The notes under the pieces: generated by a model
Seen by the model: the letters and a program-made list of their open reading frames with translations, nothing else
Databases searched by the model: none
Told to the model about the DNA's origin: nothing
NCBI GenBank assembly: GCA_963703955.1
Contig: CAVPGK010000017.1
Span: forward strand, 160,001 to 224,000
Source: Nitrospirota bacterium
Lineage (GTDB): Bacteria; Nitrospirota; Nitrospiria; Nitrospirales; Nitrospiraceae
Reading direction: 5' to 3'
DNA length: 64,000 nt
Position numbers and translations under genes: made by a program
In this document: piece after piece, positions 37,584-47,263 of the stretch
Numbering within the stretch: position 1 is the stretch's first letter
How the letters are laid out: every line of letters begins with the position of its first letter

Positions 37584-39437
37584 TTAGATGGAATATTGAA
37601 ACCTTGGCTTCGCGCCGATGGTGCGCGCCAAGACCCCGCGCTCTTTGAGAGCTTCGATGATCTGACGGGCGGACGCATCGTAATCCTTGGGCCCGGCAAA
37701 ATGCAGGTCGGTGCTCGGCGGCGGTTCTTCGTCGGTCTTGCTCATGTGGACGGCAACCACAGGCGCGGGATGCACGAGTGTCCGAATAGACTGGGTGACC
37801 TCATGAGGCGGCAGCCCGAAGGGATTCGTAGTTGAGACGACGATCAATCCGGTGTCGACGAGGAGCCGCGCTACCTCGCCGTACCGACGAACCATTTCCA
37901 CCGCATCGCCCGCATCGGACTCTGCCAGGTCGGCATCAAGGCCGCGCCGGAGATTTTCCGCATCCAAGAGGTACGCGTGTCGTCCCTCCGCGACGAGGAG
38001 GGATTCCAGTTTTCTGGCAAGAAACGATTTGCCCGTATGCTGCCCACCGGTAACCAGGACGATGGCGGCGCGATGCCCATAGTTCTGGGCACGATCCTCC
38101 GCGCCGACTTCTCCTTTGACCCATGCAAAATCACGCCGACGGGCCTCGTCCCGTAGGAATGCCTGCTCGTCGTGAACCAATTCCGTGATAATGCCCCCAC
38201 CGGAAATATCGTACTGGTCCACAAGGACGAACCGCCCGGTCGTCTCGAACTGCTGGTACAGATCGAAGGTCAACGGGAACTTGGTGCGCAGAGTCAGGTC
38301 GGCGACCTCATTGCGGCCGACGACGGTCTTTGATTGGCGCTCGCCGAGATCCGCGGCGTCGATAATCCGATGGATCGCGGCAACCTCGCAATCCACTTCG
38401 CGGGTGGCCAGCCGAAGGAGGTATTTCCGGCCTCGCTCGAGCGGTCGTTGCCCCAACCAGAACAGGTTGACACGAAAAGCTGTTGAAACGAGAGGAAGAG
38501 CCTCTCGATGGGAGGCGATCTCGCCCCGCTCGATAAATATCTGTTCATCCAACGTGATGCCGATGGATTGCCCGGCGTGGGCATCGGTCGGCGGCGGCTC
38601 GATGTTAAACGCTTCCACGGACTTCACGTTGGCGGACTTGTTGGACGGCGAGAAGACGACGCGATCACCGACTTTCAATCGTCCTGCGGTGATTCGGCCG
38701 ACGATGATTCGGCGGGCGTCGAATTTGTACACGTCCTGAATGGGAAATCGAAGCGGCTGTTCCGACCGAGCGGTCTCTTTCCTAAACAACTCCAACGTCT
38801 CCAGAACCGTCGGACCGTGGTACCACGTCATCTGCTGGCTGCGCAGGGCGATGTTGTCGCCGAGTTTGGCGCTGACGGGAACGACCCGTTCCGGCGCGAC
38901 ATTGAGCTGGGCGAGAAACTCGCGGTATTCCTTTTCGATTCCCTCGAAGACATCCTGACGATAACCGACGAGATCCATCTTGTTGACGACCACCGCCACC
39001 TGTTTGACGCCGAGCAGGGACAAGAGATAGCCGTGTTTCTTGGACTGCTCCTTGACTCCTTCGAGCGCATCGATCAGCAATAACGCCGCCTCAGCCCGCG
39101 CGGCGCCCGAGATCATATTCTTGAGAAACTCCTTGTGCCCTGGCGCGTCGATAATGATGTACTGCCGGGTGTTCCAGGTAAAAAACGTGCGAGCGGTGTC
39201 GATCGTGATGCCCTGCTCCTGCTCCTCAAGAAACGCATCGAACAGGAAGGCATACTCAAACTCCTTGCCCTGCTGGCGACAGATCGCCTGAACCTTTTCC
39301 AGCTTACCTTCCGGAAGAGAGCCGGTGTCGGCGTAGAGCCGGCCGAGCAACGTTGACTTGCCGTGGTCCACATGGCCGACGATGACGATATTCAAATGTT
39401 CGGTCGGTTTGATGACCGCAGTGGCCGTCGGTACCAT
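37584..39437 (-). CDS. cysN: Sulfate adenylyltransferase subunit 1 fused to a degenerate APS-kinase-like domain
   Basis: [28 protein letters not shown]-terminal TGGQHTGKS...[11 protein letters not shown]. Confidence 0.9.
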   Translation of the reverse strand: MVPTATAVIKPTEHLNIVIVGHVDHGKSTLLGRLYADTGSLPEGKLEKVQAICRQQGKEFEYAFLFDAFLEEQEQGITIDTARTFFTWNTRQYIIIDAPGHKEFLKNMISGAARAEAALLLIDALEGVKEQSKKHGYLLSLLGVKQVAVVVNKMDLVGYRQDVFEGIEKEYREFLAQLNVAPERVVPVSAKLGDNIALRSQQMTWYHGPTVLETLELFRKETARSEQPLRFPIQDVYKFDARRIIVGRITAGRLKVGDRVVFSPSNKSANVKSVEAFNIEPPPTDAHAGQSIGITLDEQIFIERGEIASHREALPLVSTAFRVNLFWLGQRPLERGRKYLLRLATREVDCEVAAIHRIIDAADLGERQSKTVVGRNEVADLTLRTKFPLTFDLYQQFETTGRFVLVDQYDISGGGIITELVHDEQAFLRDEARRRDFAWVKGEVGAEDRAQNYGHRAAIVLVTGGQHTGKSFLARKLESLLVAEGRHAYLLDAENLRRGLDADLAESDAGDAVEMVRRYGEVARLLVDTGLIVVSTTNPFGLPPHEVTQSIRTLVHPAPVVAVHMSKTDEEPPPSTDLHFAGPKDYDASARQIIEALKERGVLARTIGAKPRFQYSI

Positions 39438-39440
39438 CGC

Positions 39441-40238
39441 CTACATGTACCCATCTTTTCTCAGTAGTTCCATCCCACGCCCTTCGTCTTGCGCTCGCCC
39501 TGAACGTTCGCTCACCGTAGTATGACGAAGTTCCTCGATGATGTCGTCGACGGTCTTAGCGGTGGACCGAATGGGAAACGTACAGGGGGCGCACCCCAAG
39601 CTCCGATAGCGTGTTCCGTCACCCTTGTCGAGGTAGAGATCGATGAACGGGATGTTTTCCAGCTTGATGTATTCCCAAATGTTGATCTCCGTCCAGTCCA
39701 GCAGGGGATGAATACGGATATGGGTTTCCTCCGGGAAGGTGGTCTTGAACTGATCCCAGAGCTCCGGCGGCTGATCCCTGAAATCCCAGTCCCCATGTTT
39801 GTCGCGTGGCGAGAAATACCGCTCCTTTGCCCGCGTGCCTTCCTCATCCGCCCGCACCCCCAGAATGACCCCTGTGTACCCCTTTTCAGCCAGAAGGTTC
39901 TTGAGGCCGTTGGTCTTGAGGGCCGTACAACACGTCACGCGTCCCAACGTATGGTTCATTCCGGCCGCAAGCGCCTCCTTGTTCTGCCCGATCACCAGAT
40001 TGAGTCTCCATTCACGCGCAAGCCGATCGCGGTATTCGATCATCGCTGGGATCTTGTAGCTGGTATCGACATGGAGGAGCGGAAAGGGGACATGCCCGAA
40101 GAAGGCTTTGCGTGCCAGCCAGAGCAACACGGTCGAATCCTTGCCCATGGACCATAGCATGGCCAGGTGATCGAAATGCTTGTAGGCTTCACGGAGAACA
40201 TAGACGCTCTGATCTTCCAATTGCCGAAGGTGCTTCAC
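39441..40238 (-). CDS. cysD: Sulfate adenylyltransferase subunit 2
   Basis: [29 protein letters not shown] 40238 after AAGGAG. Confidence 0.94.
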   Translation of the reverse strand: MKHLRQLEDQSVYVLREAYKHFDHLAMLWSMGKDSTVLLWLARKAFFGHVPFPLLHVDTSYKIPAMIEYRDRLAREWRLNLVIGQNKEALAAGMNHTLGRVTCCTALKTNGLKNLLAEKGYTGVILGVRADEEGTRAKERYFSPRDKHGDWDFRDQPPELWDQFKTTFPEETHIRIHPLLDWTEINIWEYIKLENIPFIDLYLDKGDGTRYRSLGCAPCTFPIRSTAKTVDDIIEELRHTTVSERSGRAQDEGRGMELLRKDGYM

Positions 40239-40248
40239 GCAAGGCTCC

Positions 40249-41316
40249 TTACGGGCACGATTCCTTGTCACCGTGAGCGACTCCGACCGGTATTGGCGGG
40301 ACGGCGAGGGTGGTCAGCTTGTTCGCCGCGGCTCCCGACTCAATGGCCTGGAGCGCCATCGGCACGGCGGCTGAGATGGAAGGCGCAAGCCCGGCAGCAT
40401 ACAGCAACATGGCGGCGTTCTGTACCACCCAATCGCGGTGAGGACCGCGGATTTCATTGCGCAGAATCCGCCTCAGCAGCGCGGCCTCCTGATCCGTGTG
40501 GGGGCCGGGGAAGCCAGCCATGTCGCGGAAGGAGCCCAACGCCAAGCCGATGTCTTTCGGCTGAAGATTCAGCGGAAGAACGCGCTCGTTTCTCATCTCC
40601 AGCACCTTCGTGATGGCCGCGATCGACAGCTCGGGGTCCCCTTCAACGCCGCGCACAATCAGCGCGCGCCGGGACCCGAGCATGTTCAGCGCTTCAGCCA
40701 TCTTTTCAAAGTAAGGCGGGTGAGTCAGGCCGATGACCTGGACCGGGGCGCGAGCGGGATTCAACATCTTGGCAACCGGATGAAAGAAACTTCGCACGCC
40801 GAGTTCCTGGCGCAGGTCCAAAAAACGAGAGAGTGGAGGATGATATAGGGCTATGTCCAAATAGCCGAATCCTTTGGCGGACACTTCCTCAGCCGCTTGT
40901 TTGGGGGTGAGATCAATAGAAATTCCCAATTGAGCCAACACCGCAGCGGTGCTGGTTCGTTCAGGAATGCCGTCATAGCCGTGCATGAGGACAGCTGCGC
41001 CCGCGGACGCCGCGACGATGGCGGCGCCCGTCAGGGCGTGGAACGTATCCTGTTTACCCGCGTAGGTCGGCAGATCGACCAGATGCGGCGTGTCAGATAT
41101 CCGCAGAGGCGCGACGTATTCACGAGCCGCGGACGTGAAGGCGGCAAGCTCGCTCACCGATTCCATCTTGATCCGCATGGCGAGGAGAAATCCGCCGACC
41201 TGAACCGGAGTGGCTTTCCCCTCGATGAGCAGCCGCATGGCCTGCTTGGCCTCATCCCAGGTGAGGTCCTTCCACGCCTTCTGGCCTTTACCTATTTTCG
41301 CAATGAACTGTTGCAT
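40249..41316 (-). CDS. Anthranilate phosphoribosyltransferase-like protein (YbiB/CnaT type)
   Basis: IGKGQK...[37 protein letters not shown]; lacks the TrpD GTGGD motif. Confidence 0.82.
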   Translation of the reverse strand: MQQFIAKIGKGQKAWKDLTWDEAKQAMRLLIEGKATPVQVGGFLLAMRIKMESVSELAAFTSAAREYVAPLRISDTPHLVDLPTYAGKQDTFHALTGAAIVAASAGAAVLMHGYDGIPERTSTAAVLAQLGISIDLTPKQAAEEVSAKGFGYLDIALYHPPLSRFLDLRQELGVRSFFHPVAKMLNPARAPVQVIGLTHPPYFEKMAEALNMLGSRRALIVRGVEGDPELSIAAITKVLEMRNERVLPLNLQPKDIGLALGSFRDMAGFPGPHTDQEAALLRRILRNEIRGPHRDWVVQNAAMLLYAAGLAPSISAAVPMALQAIESGAAANKLTTLAVPPIPVGVAHGDKESCP

Positions 41317-41727
41317 CAGAATGTCAGCACCCGGTCGGCCTTGGCGATTTCTTCCTTCCAGAAGGCCTCGGCCTTCTGCACTTCGTCGAGCTCCGGGATC
41401 AATTGATCGACGCGAGGGTCGAAATAGTCCAACGAGTCTCGACACACGGAGAATTTGACATCACCCTTCTCTTTGAGCTCGCGAAGAACGGCCGGGAAAT
41501 CGTTCAGTTTCCGCTCACGCAACATGTCTCGGACTTTTGCTGCGTCCTCGATAGGCATCACCGAACGTCAATTCCTTCGCTTTGTCGAACGTTAACTTGG
41601 CGGCTGCTTCGTCCCGGAAGAAAAAACTCACCTGAGTTCCTGTTTCAGCCGCGACGCGGGCCAATTGACAGGCCTGTAGCAGGTTGTTGTAGGCGCCTCG
41701 AGTCACGATGATCGCAAGCTTTTTCAT
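41316..41727 (-). CDS. DsrE/DsrF-like sulfur-relay protein, frameshifted at ~41541
   Basis: MKKLAIIVT...VSFFF joined to ...KFSVCRDSL...ADRVLTF; two ORF-track halves. Confidence 0.75.
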
Positions 41728-41749
41728 TCTCCCAACCCAATGGCTAACA

Positions 41750-41841
41750 AGCGATCAGCGTACAGCCATCAGCCGACAGATTAAGATTGAGAAAATATTC
41801 CTTTGCAGAAGCTGGTCACTGACGGCTGACCGCTGATGGCT
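41750..41841. repeat. Inverted heptamer repeats (GCCATCA-like / GCTGACG-like)
   Basis: GCGATCA GCGTACA GCCATCA GCCGACA ... ACTGACG GCTGACC GCTGATG. Confidence 0.6.
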
Positions 41842-42570
41842 TTATCTGTGCAGTCCACATTCGGTTTTATCGAAGTTGTTCCACCGGCCTGAGCGCGGAT
41901 CCTCCCCCGGCATCACCGGCGCGGTGCAATGGGTGCACCCGATGCTGGGGTAGTTGCGGTCATGAAGGGGGTTGTAAGGAACCTCATGGATCCGGATGTA
42001 AGCCCACACGTCTGTAGCGGTCCATTTCGCCAGTGGATTGAACTTCACGAGCTGAAATTTCTTGTCCCACTCGATCAGTCCGGCATGGGCCCGAGTAGGA
42101 GCTTGGTCCCGCCGGATCCCGGTAATCCATGCCGAGTAGCCGCTGAGGATTCGGCCCAGCGGTTCCACTTTTCGTAACTCACAGCATCGATCCGGATCTC
42201 GCGTCCAGAGCGCCTCCCCATACTGGGCGGCCTGCTGTTCCGGCGTCAGTTGTGATTTCACCTGAATGACCTGGTTCGGCAAGAATCCATACTTCTCAAT
42301 CAGACGGTCCCGCACCTCATGAGTTTCCTTGAACAGAAAGTCCGTATCCAAATAGAACAGCGGAACGCGCGGATTGATCCGGTGGATCATATCGACCAGC
42401 ACGACGTCCTCGGCGCCGAAACTGCATGCAAACACAATGTGAGGGAAGTACCGCTCGAGGGCATAGGCTAGCACGTCCTGCGGATGCTTGGACTCAAAAG
42501 ACTCGCTGAGCGCTTTCAGCGATTCTTGAGTAGGCCGTGCTGTTATTCCGACACTCTCTTCCACCGTCAC
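41842..42570 (-). CDS. cysH: Adenylyl-sulfate (APS) reductase, Fe-S type
   Basis: SFGAED, LDTDFLF, CCELRKVEPL, SIGCTHC, KTECGLH. Confidence 0.93.
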   Translation of the reverse strand: MTVEESVGITARPTQESLKALSESFESKHPQDVLAYALERYFPHIVFACSFGAEDVVLVDMIHRINPRVPLFYLDTDFLFKETHEVRDRLIEKYGFLPNQVIQVKSQLTPEQQAAQYGEALWTRDPDRCCELRKVEPLGRILSGYSAWITGIRRDQAPTRAHAGLIEWDKKFQLVKFNPLAKWTATDVWAYIRIHEVPYNPLHDRNYPSIGCTHCTAPVMPGEDPRSGRWNNFDKTECGLHR

Positions 42571-42576
42571 TCCTGA

Positions 42577-45075
42577 CTAGCCTTCAACTTTCTCCACCAG
42601 CACTTTGAAATGAGCGGCCTCCGGTTCCAACGGTTCCTCTGTAAGGATCTTGTGCCCGTCGTTGCGAAGGCTCATGGGTACGTTCTTGATCGGTTCGCCG
42701 GCATCCAACCACACTTCGAGCCGCTCACCTGCGTCCATCATTTCCAACTTGAGTTTTGTCTTCACGTAATTGAGCGGACACGCGACACCCCGGAGATCGT
42801 ACACAAGCGCAGCGCCTGCTTCTGAGGCAGGGCGTGCCGGTTGTTGGGGCGCCGCCGCTTGCGGGTGATCGACCTCAGGCGCGCTGTCGGTCTTCAGCTT
42901 CAAATCTTTCCCCATCTGCTCTGTCGCCGCCTTGCAGACCTCGACGAACCCTCGCGCGAACGTGATCTTGGCCCGCGCGAACTCCGGCGTCGTCTCCTTC
43001 GGTCCGAGATCGCCGATCTGCGACGCCAGCCCCCGATATGAGGCCGGCACCACATTTCTCAATGCGAAGCGTCGCTCAAACTCTGCGAAGGTGTCCGCAT
43101 CTGTCGCCGGATCGATGCCCTCCGTCACCAAGAGAGCCTTGGCAGCGGCCAGGACCGCGCGGTAGGCCTTATTGACCGAAACCGAGTACTGGTGCTTGTC
43201 CGCTAGGAGACGGGCTTGATAGAGTTCTTGTTCCGCTTCTAGAATGCGATTGTCGATCATTTCCAGGGCTCCGCCGGCGCATTCACCCGGACCAAGATCT
43301 TCGAGGATAAACTCCTCCTCACCCTCCCAATCGTAGTAATACGTCGAATCTTCTTCAAAGGACGGGATGATCGTATAGGGGATCAATTCGTCCTTGAGCC
43401 TGGCCTTGCCTGTTCTGGCGATGAAGGTCTGAAGGGTTTCGTCGTTCCGGCGATCGCGCCGGTAGACCATGAGCAGATGTGAAATCGCCGCTGGCACATT
43501 TTTCGCCGGGAGCTTCACGGTCATCTGACCGATCTGGGCTGTCCCGTTTACACGGCCGCCGAGGTGCAGCTCGTAGTGGGGCGCAAAATGCTCGCCCACG
43601 CGTTTGCCCACGCCATGCAAACCAATGGTCGCGATGTGGTGTTGGGCACACGAGTTGTGGCACCCGCTGATCTTGACACTGACGCCCTTCAGGTCTTCCG
43701 GTACCCGGCCGGGAGGAAAGATCTCGGCCATTGCGCGCGCAAGCCCCTTCGAAGAGGTAATACCGAGACCACAGGTGTCGGTCCCTGGACAGGCGATAAT
43801 ATCTTCAACCAGCTCTGCCCCCGGATCGGCCAACCCCATCGAAGCCAGATCGTCGTAGAGATCTTCCAAGCGAGACTCGGGCACCCATCGTAGAATCAGA
43901 TTCTGATTAATCGTTGTGCGAAGGTTGCCATTGGAGTACGTCTCCGCCAAATCCGCCACGAGGTTCATCTGCGACGACGTGATGTCCCCCATTTGTAGCT
44001 TGATGATGGCGGCCGCGTAACCGGCCTGTTTTTGGCTCATCACATTAGTCCGTTTCCACCTGTGATAGGGAGTCTCGTGCAAGGTGCCGTTTCCGTTACC
44101 ATCCCCATTGGGACCCGATGAACCAGACCGCCCCTGATTCGCTGTCGGCATGATCAGCGGCACAGGGTCGTCCTGATGTGGTAGCAATTTGATGGGGGCG
44201 TGGTCGGGGCGGGCATAGCCCATCGTGACGTAGGTTTCCTCCCAGCGTCGTTTGAACTCATCAAAGCCCAGCTTATCAATCACAAACTTCATCCGAGCCT
44301 TGTTGCGGTTCTTGCGGTTCCCGAGCGTGTCGAAGACTTTGATCACGGCCTCAATGGATGGGATGAGCTCGTTCATCGGGACGAACTCTCGGAGGACCTT
44401 CGCGATGCGAGGGGCCGAGCCTAAGCCACCGCCGACGGCCATTCGAAAGCCGATGGTTCCGTCGTCACGTTGTGCCGCCAATAGCCCAATGTCGTGGATC
44501 GGCGTGAGGGCGCAATCGTGGCGGCAGCCTGAAAAGGCGATTTTGAATTTTCTCGGCAGGCTCTGGTTGAGAGGATTGCGGAGGAGATGCAACGCGACCG
44601 TCTTGGCATAGGGGGTGACGTCGAACACCTCGCCCTGGCAGATTCCGGCCAAATGGCATGCCGTGACATTGCGAACCGTGTTAGCGCAGGCTTCGCGGGT
44701 TGTGACTCCCACCTCAGCCAGTCGTCGCATGATGGTACCTACGTTTCTGAGTAAGACGAAATGAAGCTGAATATCCTGGCGGGTGGTAACATGGCCGACT
44801 CCGGTCGCATAGGTATCGGCTATTTCGGCGATCCGACGCAATTGGTTGGCTGTGAGCCCGCCAAACGGGATTTTGATACGCACCATCTGAACGCCCGGCT
44901 GGCGCTGTCCATAAATCCCGTATTGCAAGCGAAAGGGCTTGAACAGATCAGTGGAAAGATCGCCGGCAGTGACCCGCCGGACTTCTCCTTCGAACGTTTC
45001 AATCTCTTCTATAATCGCAGGGGGAATGGGGATCGTCTTGATTTCACTGGTGCGAGTCGTCCTGACCGACCTCAT
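42577..45075 (-). CDS. Siroheme sulfite/nitrite reductase fused to HEPN-like and TusA domains
   Basis: TTRQDIQLH, LPRKFK, CPGTDTC, GCHNSC; helical NKAYRAVLAAAKALL; C-terminal DLRGVACPLNYVKTKL. Confidence 0.88.
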   Translation of the reverse strand: MRSVRTTRTSEIKTIPIPPAIIEEIETFEGEVRRVTAGDLSTDLFKPFRLQYGIYGQRQPGVQMVRIKIPFGGLTANQLRRIAEIADTYATGVGHVTTRQDIQLHFVLLRNVGTIMRRLAEVGVTTREACANTVRNVTACHLAGICQGEVFDVTPYAKTVALHLLRNPLNQSLPRKFKIAFSGCRHDCALTPIHDIGLLAAQRDDGTIGFRMAVGGGLGSAPRIAKVLREFVPMNELIPSIEAVIKVFDTLGNRKNRNKARMKFVIDKLGFDEFKRRWEETYVTMGYARPDHAPIKLLPHQDDPVPLIMPTANQGRSGSSGPNGDGNGNGTLHETPYHRWKRTNVMSQKQAGYAAAIIKLQMGDITSSQMNLVADLAETYSNGNLRTTINQNLILRWVPESRLEDLYDDLASMGLADPGAELVEDIIACPGTDTCGLGITSSKGLARAMAEIFPPGRVPEDLKGVSVKISGCHNSCAQHHIATIGLHGVGKRVGEHFAPHYELHLGGRVNGTAQIGQMTVKLPAKNVPAAISHLLMVYRRDRRNDETLQTFIARTGKARLKDELIPYTIIPSFEEDSTYYYDWEGEEEFILEDLGPGECAGGALEMIDNRILEAEQELYQARLLADKHQYSVSVNKAYRAVLAAAKALLVTEGIDPATDADTFAEFERRFALRNVVPASYRGLASQIGDLGPKETTPEFARAKITFARGFVEVCKAATEQMGKDLKLKTDSAPEVDHPQAAAPQQPARPASEAGAALVYDLRGVACPLNYVKTKLKLEMMDAGERLEVWLDAGEPIKNVPMSLRNDGHKILTEEPLEPEAAHFKVLVEKVEG

Positions 45076-45130
45076 GTCATCCTCTTTCGTGAGCAATCGT
45101 GACACAGAAGTCACGCTGCTGAACTCGGGC

Positions 45131-45583
45131 CTAGATGTGATACATCAAGGCCCGCTCTTGTTCGAGTTGTTGATGTCGCTCTGCCAATTCCTTCAAGGTC
45201 ACGGCGCTGAGTACCCCCAGCTCTGCTTGTCGGACCTGCTCCCACACACCCCCTAAGAGTCTGTCGGGCTTCGTCCGTTCCCGGGTCCGTCGGGCGCTGG
45301 TGGCATGCACCGGCTTCATCGTCAGCGACCCATCTAATGCTTCGACGATTTCAGCCAGGGAAATCTCCTGCGGAAACTTGCTGAGCAAATAGCCGCCTTG
45401 CGCTCCGCGCAGGCTATCCACAAGCCCTGCTTTTTTCATAGCCAGCAAGACTTGCTCAAGAAACCGGATAGGAATAGCTTGGCGTTTCGCGATAGCTTTG
45501 GACTGGATCGGGGTTCCTCCATTGCTGAGGGCCAAGTCCAGGGCAGCCAGGATACCGTACGTGGCTTTGAGTGAAACCTTCAT
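45131..45583 (-). CDS. Rrf2 family regulator (CymR-like, no Cys ligands)
   Basis: IPIRFLEQVL, VDSLRGAQGGY, ISLAEIVEALDG. Confidence 0.92.
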   Translation of the reverse strand: MKVSLKATYGILAALDLALSNGGTPIQSKAIAKRQAIPIRFLEQVLLAMKKAGLVDSLRGAQGGYLLSKFPQEISLAEIVEALDGSLTMKPVHATSARRTRERTKPDRLLGGVWEQVRQAELGVLSAVTLKELAERHQQLEQERALMYHI

Positions 45584-45593
45584 CTATTTCGAG

Positions 45594-45652
45594 TATTCCG
45601 ATAGGGAATAAAATGACATCTGAGGATACTTGTTAGTATGTGTGTCTGTCAA
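45594..45652 (-). promoter_or_regulatory. cys operon promoter with downstream palindromic operator
   Basis: TTGACA-N18-TATCCT; TATTCC-N5-GGAATA at 45594-45610. Confidence 0.55.
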
Positions 45653-46254
45653 GCAGGGATTGGAAGTTGTCAAGCCAATTTAGAGCAATGCCCTCTTCCT
45701 ACCAAATTTTAGAATGTCCAGTTTTTAGGTTCTCTCTGCAGCCCCGTGTGGGCTACGAACTGGCCGTACGCATTCACTGGATGATCGGCTTTAGGCCGAC
45801 CAGGGGACCGGGCGACGCGGTAACGTACCTGTCCGGCTTGGCCCCTTCACTGACAGCTGGGATTGGAAGCTCTGACAATCACAACACCACTGGGATAGGA
45901 CGTGAGTGTTTGTTGCTGTATCGAGAAGATCACACAGAAGGCGGACTAAACAATTGGAATCATTTTGGAGGGAGCCGATAGCAGAACCACCCATTTTCTT
46001 CCGATACCTCGAACGAGGTTCGGGGACGGGTTCTCCAGACACGAATTCTAAAACAGGCCGGGATCATTCATCGGATCCTTGCAAGGCAAACCGTCGCGCC
46101 TTCAAAACACTTTTCTACGCGCTCTGTTGCGTCTAGATCTTCGTCGCGAATGTGGTCGAGCACAAAGTGGCTGGGCGATGTTATGTCTTAAGAGTTCACG
46201 CGGCGCATGACTGCTTCCATGAAGAGGCGGGGTGAGCATGCTCCGTTTTCACGA

Positions 46255-46283
46255 TTGACATCCCTTGAACCTTGAGGGATAAT
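46255..46283 (+). promoter_or_regulatory. Sigma-70 promoter
   Basis: TTGACA-N17-GATAAT. Confidence 0.6.
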
Positions 46284-46309
46284 CCCGCCCTCGTCTCCGT
46301 GGTAGTCTC

Positions 46310-46894
46310 ATGACCATTCGACCATCACCCTTCAGTATCCTGCTACTCAGCCAGGACCCCGATCTTCAGTCACAGCTCAGGCAGGAGTTCAAAGATTCTG
46401 CGGTGACAGTGGCAAGGGATGTGGGATCGGCGGTCCGAGTGGCGGCCAAGCGTCGATTTGATGCCGTGCTACTGGAAACAAGGCGGGGACCCCTCAATGA
46501 GCTGGTTGACATGCAGCGGGCGATCGACCCTATGCACACGATGATTGTGGCCGCGCCGCGAAGTGTTCTGTGCCAGGCTTGCGGGTTGGTGCAAGCCATG
46601 CGCAACGGGAGCGGGCGGTTCCTCAATGGGACGGGGCAGAACCTTGGCCTTGAGGACTATATCGAATTGAAGCTGGGCGAATTTGTCAAAGAGATGAAGA
46701 GCAGTTCTGCTAGAAACCTTCATCACATGCTCATCTCCGCCGTCGAACGACCGCTGATCGCCCTCGTCCTCAAGGAAACCAACGGAAATCAGATAAAGGC
46801 TGCCCATCTGCTCGGAGTGAACCGCAACACGCTCCGGAAAAAAATCACTGAACTTAGGATCCCGGTCAAACGGGAAAAGGCTGGAAAGGTGTAA
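46310..46894 (+). CDS. Fis-type HTH regulator with a degenerate receiver-like N-terminus
   Basis: [10 protein letters not shown]...[20 protein letters not shown]. Confidence 0.85.
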   Translation: MTIRPSPFSILLLSQDPDLQSQLRQEFKDSAVTVARDVGSAVRVAAKRRFDAVLLETRRGPLNELVDMQRAIDPMHTMIVAAPRSVLCQACGLVQAMRNGSGRFLNGTGQNLGLEDYIELKLGEFVKEMKSSSARNLHHMLISAVERPLIALVLKETNGNQIKAAHLLGVNRNTLRKKITELRIPVKREKAGKV

Positions 46895-47060
46895 GGCGAG
46901 CCCCTAACCAGGGTGCACCTAATCTCGGCCTTGGCGGTGCCGTCCGGGAACCTTTTCCGTGTGTTTCCCGTGGGGCTTTCTGCCGGAGATCATAAATTTT
47001 CTGCGCGTTTGAATTTCTTGACAGTGTGGATGGGCCTATATTAGCATTGCGCTGGACAAC

Positions 47061-47135
47061 GGGCGCGTAGCTCAGGGGGAGAGCGCTACCTTGACACGGT
47101 AGAGGTCGGCGGTTCAAGACCGCCCGCGCCTACCA
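47061..47135 (+). tRNA. tRNA-Val (anticodon GAC)
   Basis: GGGCGCG/CGCGCCT acceptor, CTACC-TTGACAC-GGTAG, GTTCAAG, CCA. Confidence 0.95.
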
Positions 47136-47143
47136 TCACCGTT

Positions 47144-47212
47144 GAGGCATCGGACCGCCAGGAGCCTGTTGGAGACTGGCTCCTCAGTTGGTGTGATGCC
47201 TTTCTTTGTTTT
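47144..47212 (+). terminator. Hairpin with T tract between tRNA-Val and thrS
   Basis: GAGGCATC...GATGCCTT enclosing AGGAGCC/GGCTCCT, then TTTCTTTGTTTT. Confidence 0.45.
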
Positions 47213-47263
47213 GGGGGGGACACCATGCCGGTTCGGGTCGGTGGATCACCCAGGACGTAAGCG

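Noticed and set aside
40249..41316. trpD annotation
   Set aside because: Lacks the GTGGD PRPP-binding motif and no trp genes are nearby
41317..41445. N-terminal extension of the TrpD-like ORF
   Set aside because: Overlaps the DsrE-like gene; ATG 41316 is coupled to its stop
45660..46250. Short ORFs between rrf2 and the Fis-like gene
   Set aside because: No SD, motif or structure I can recognise; left unannotated
47140..47260. T-box or tRNA-mimic thrS leader
   Set aside because: No T-box consensus and no convincing anticodon-like loop; treated as a terminator-like hairpin only
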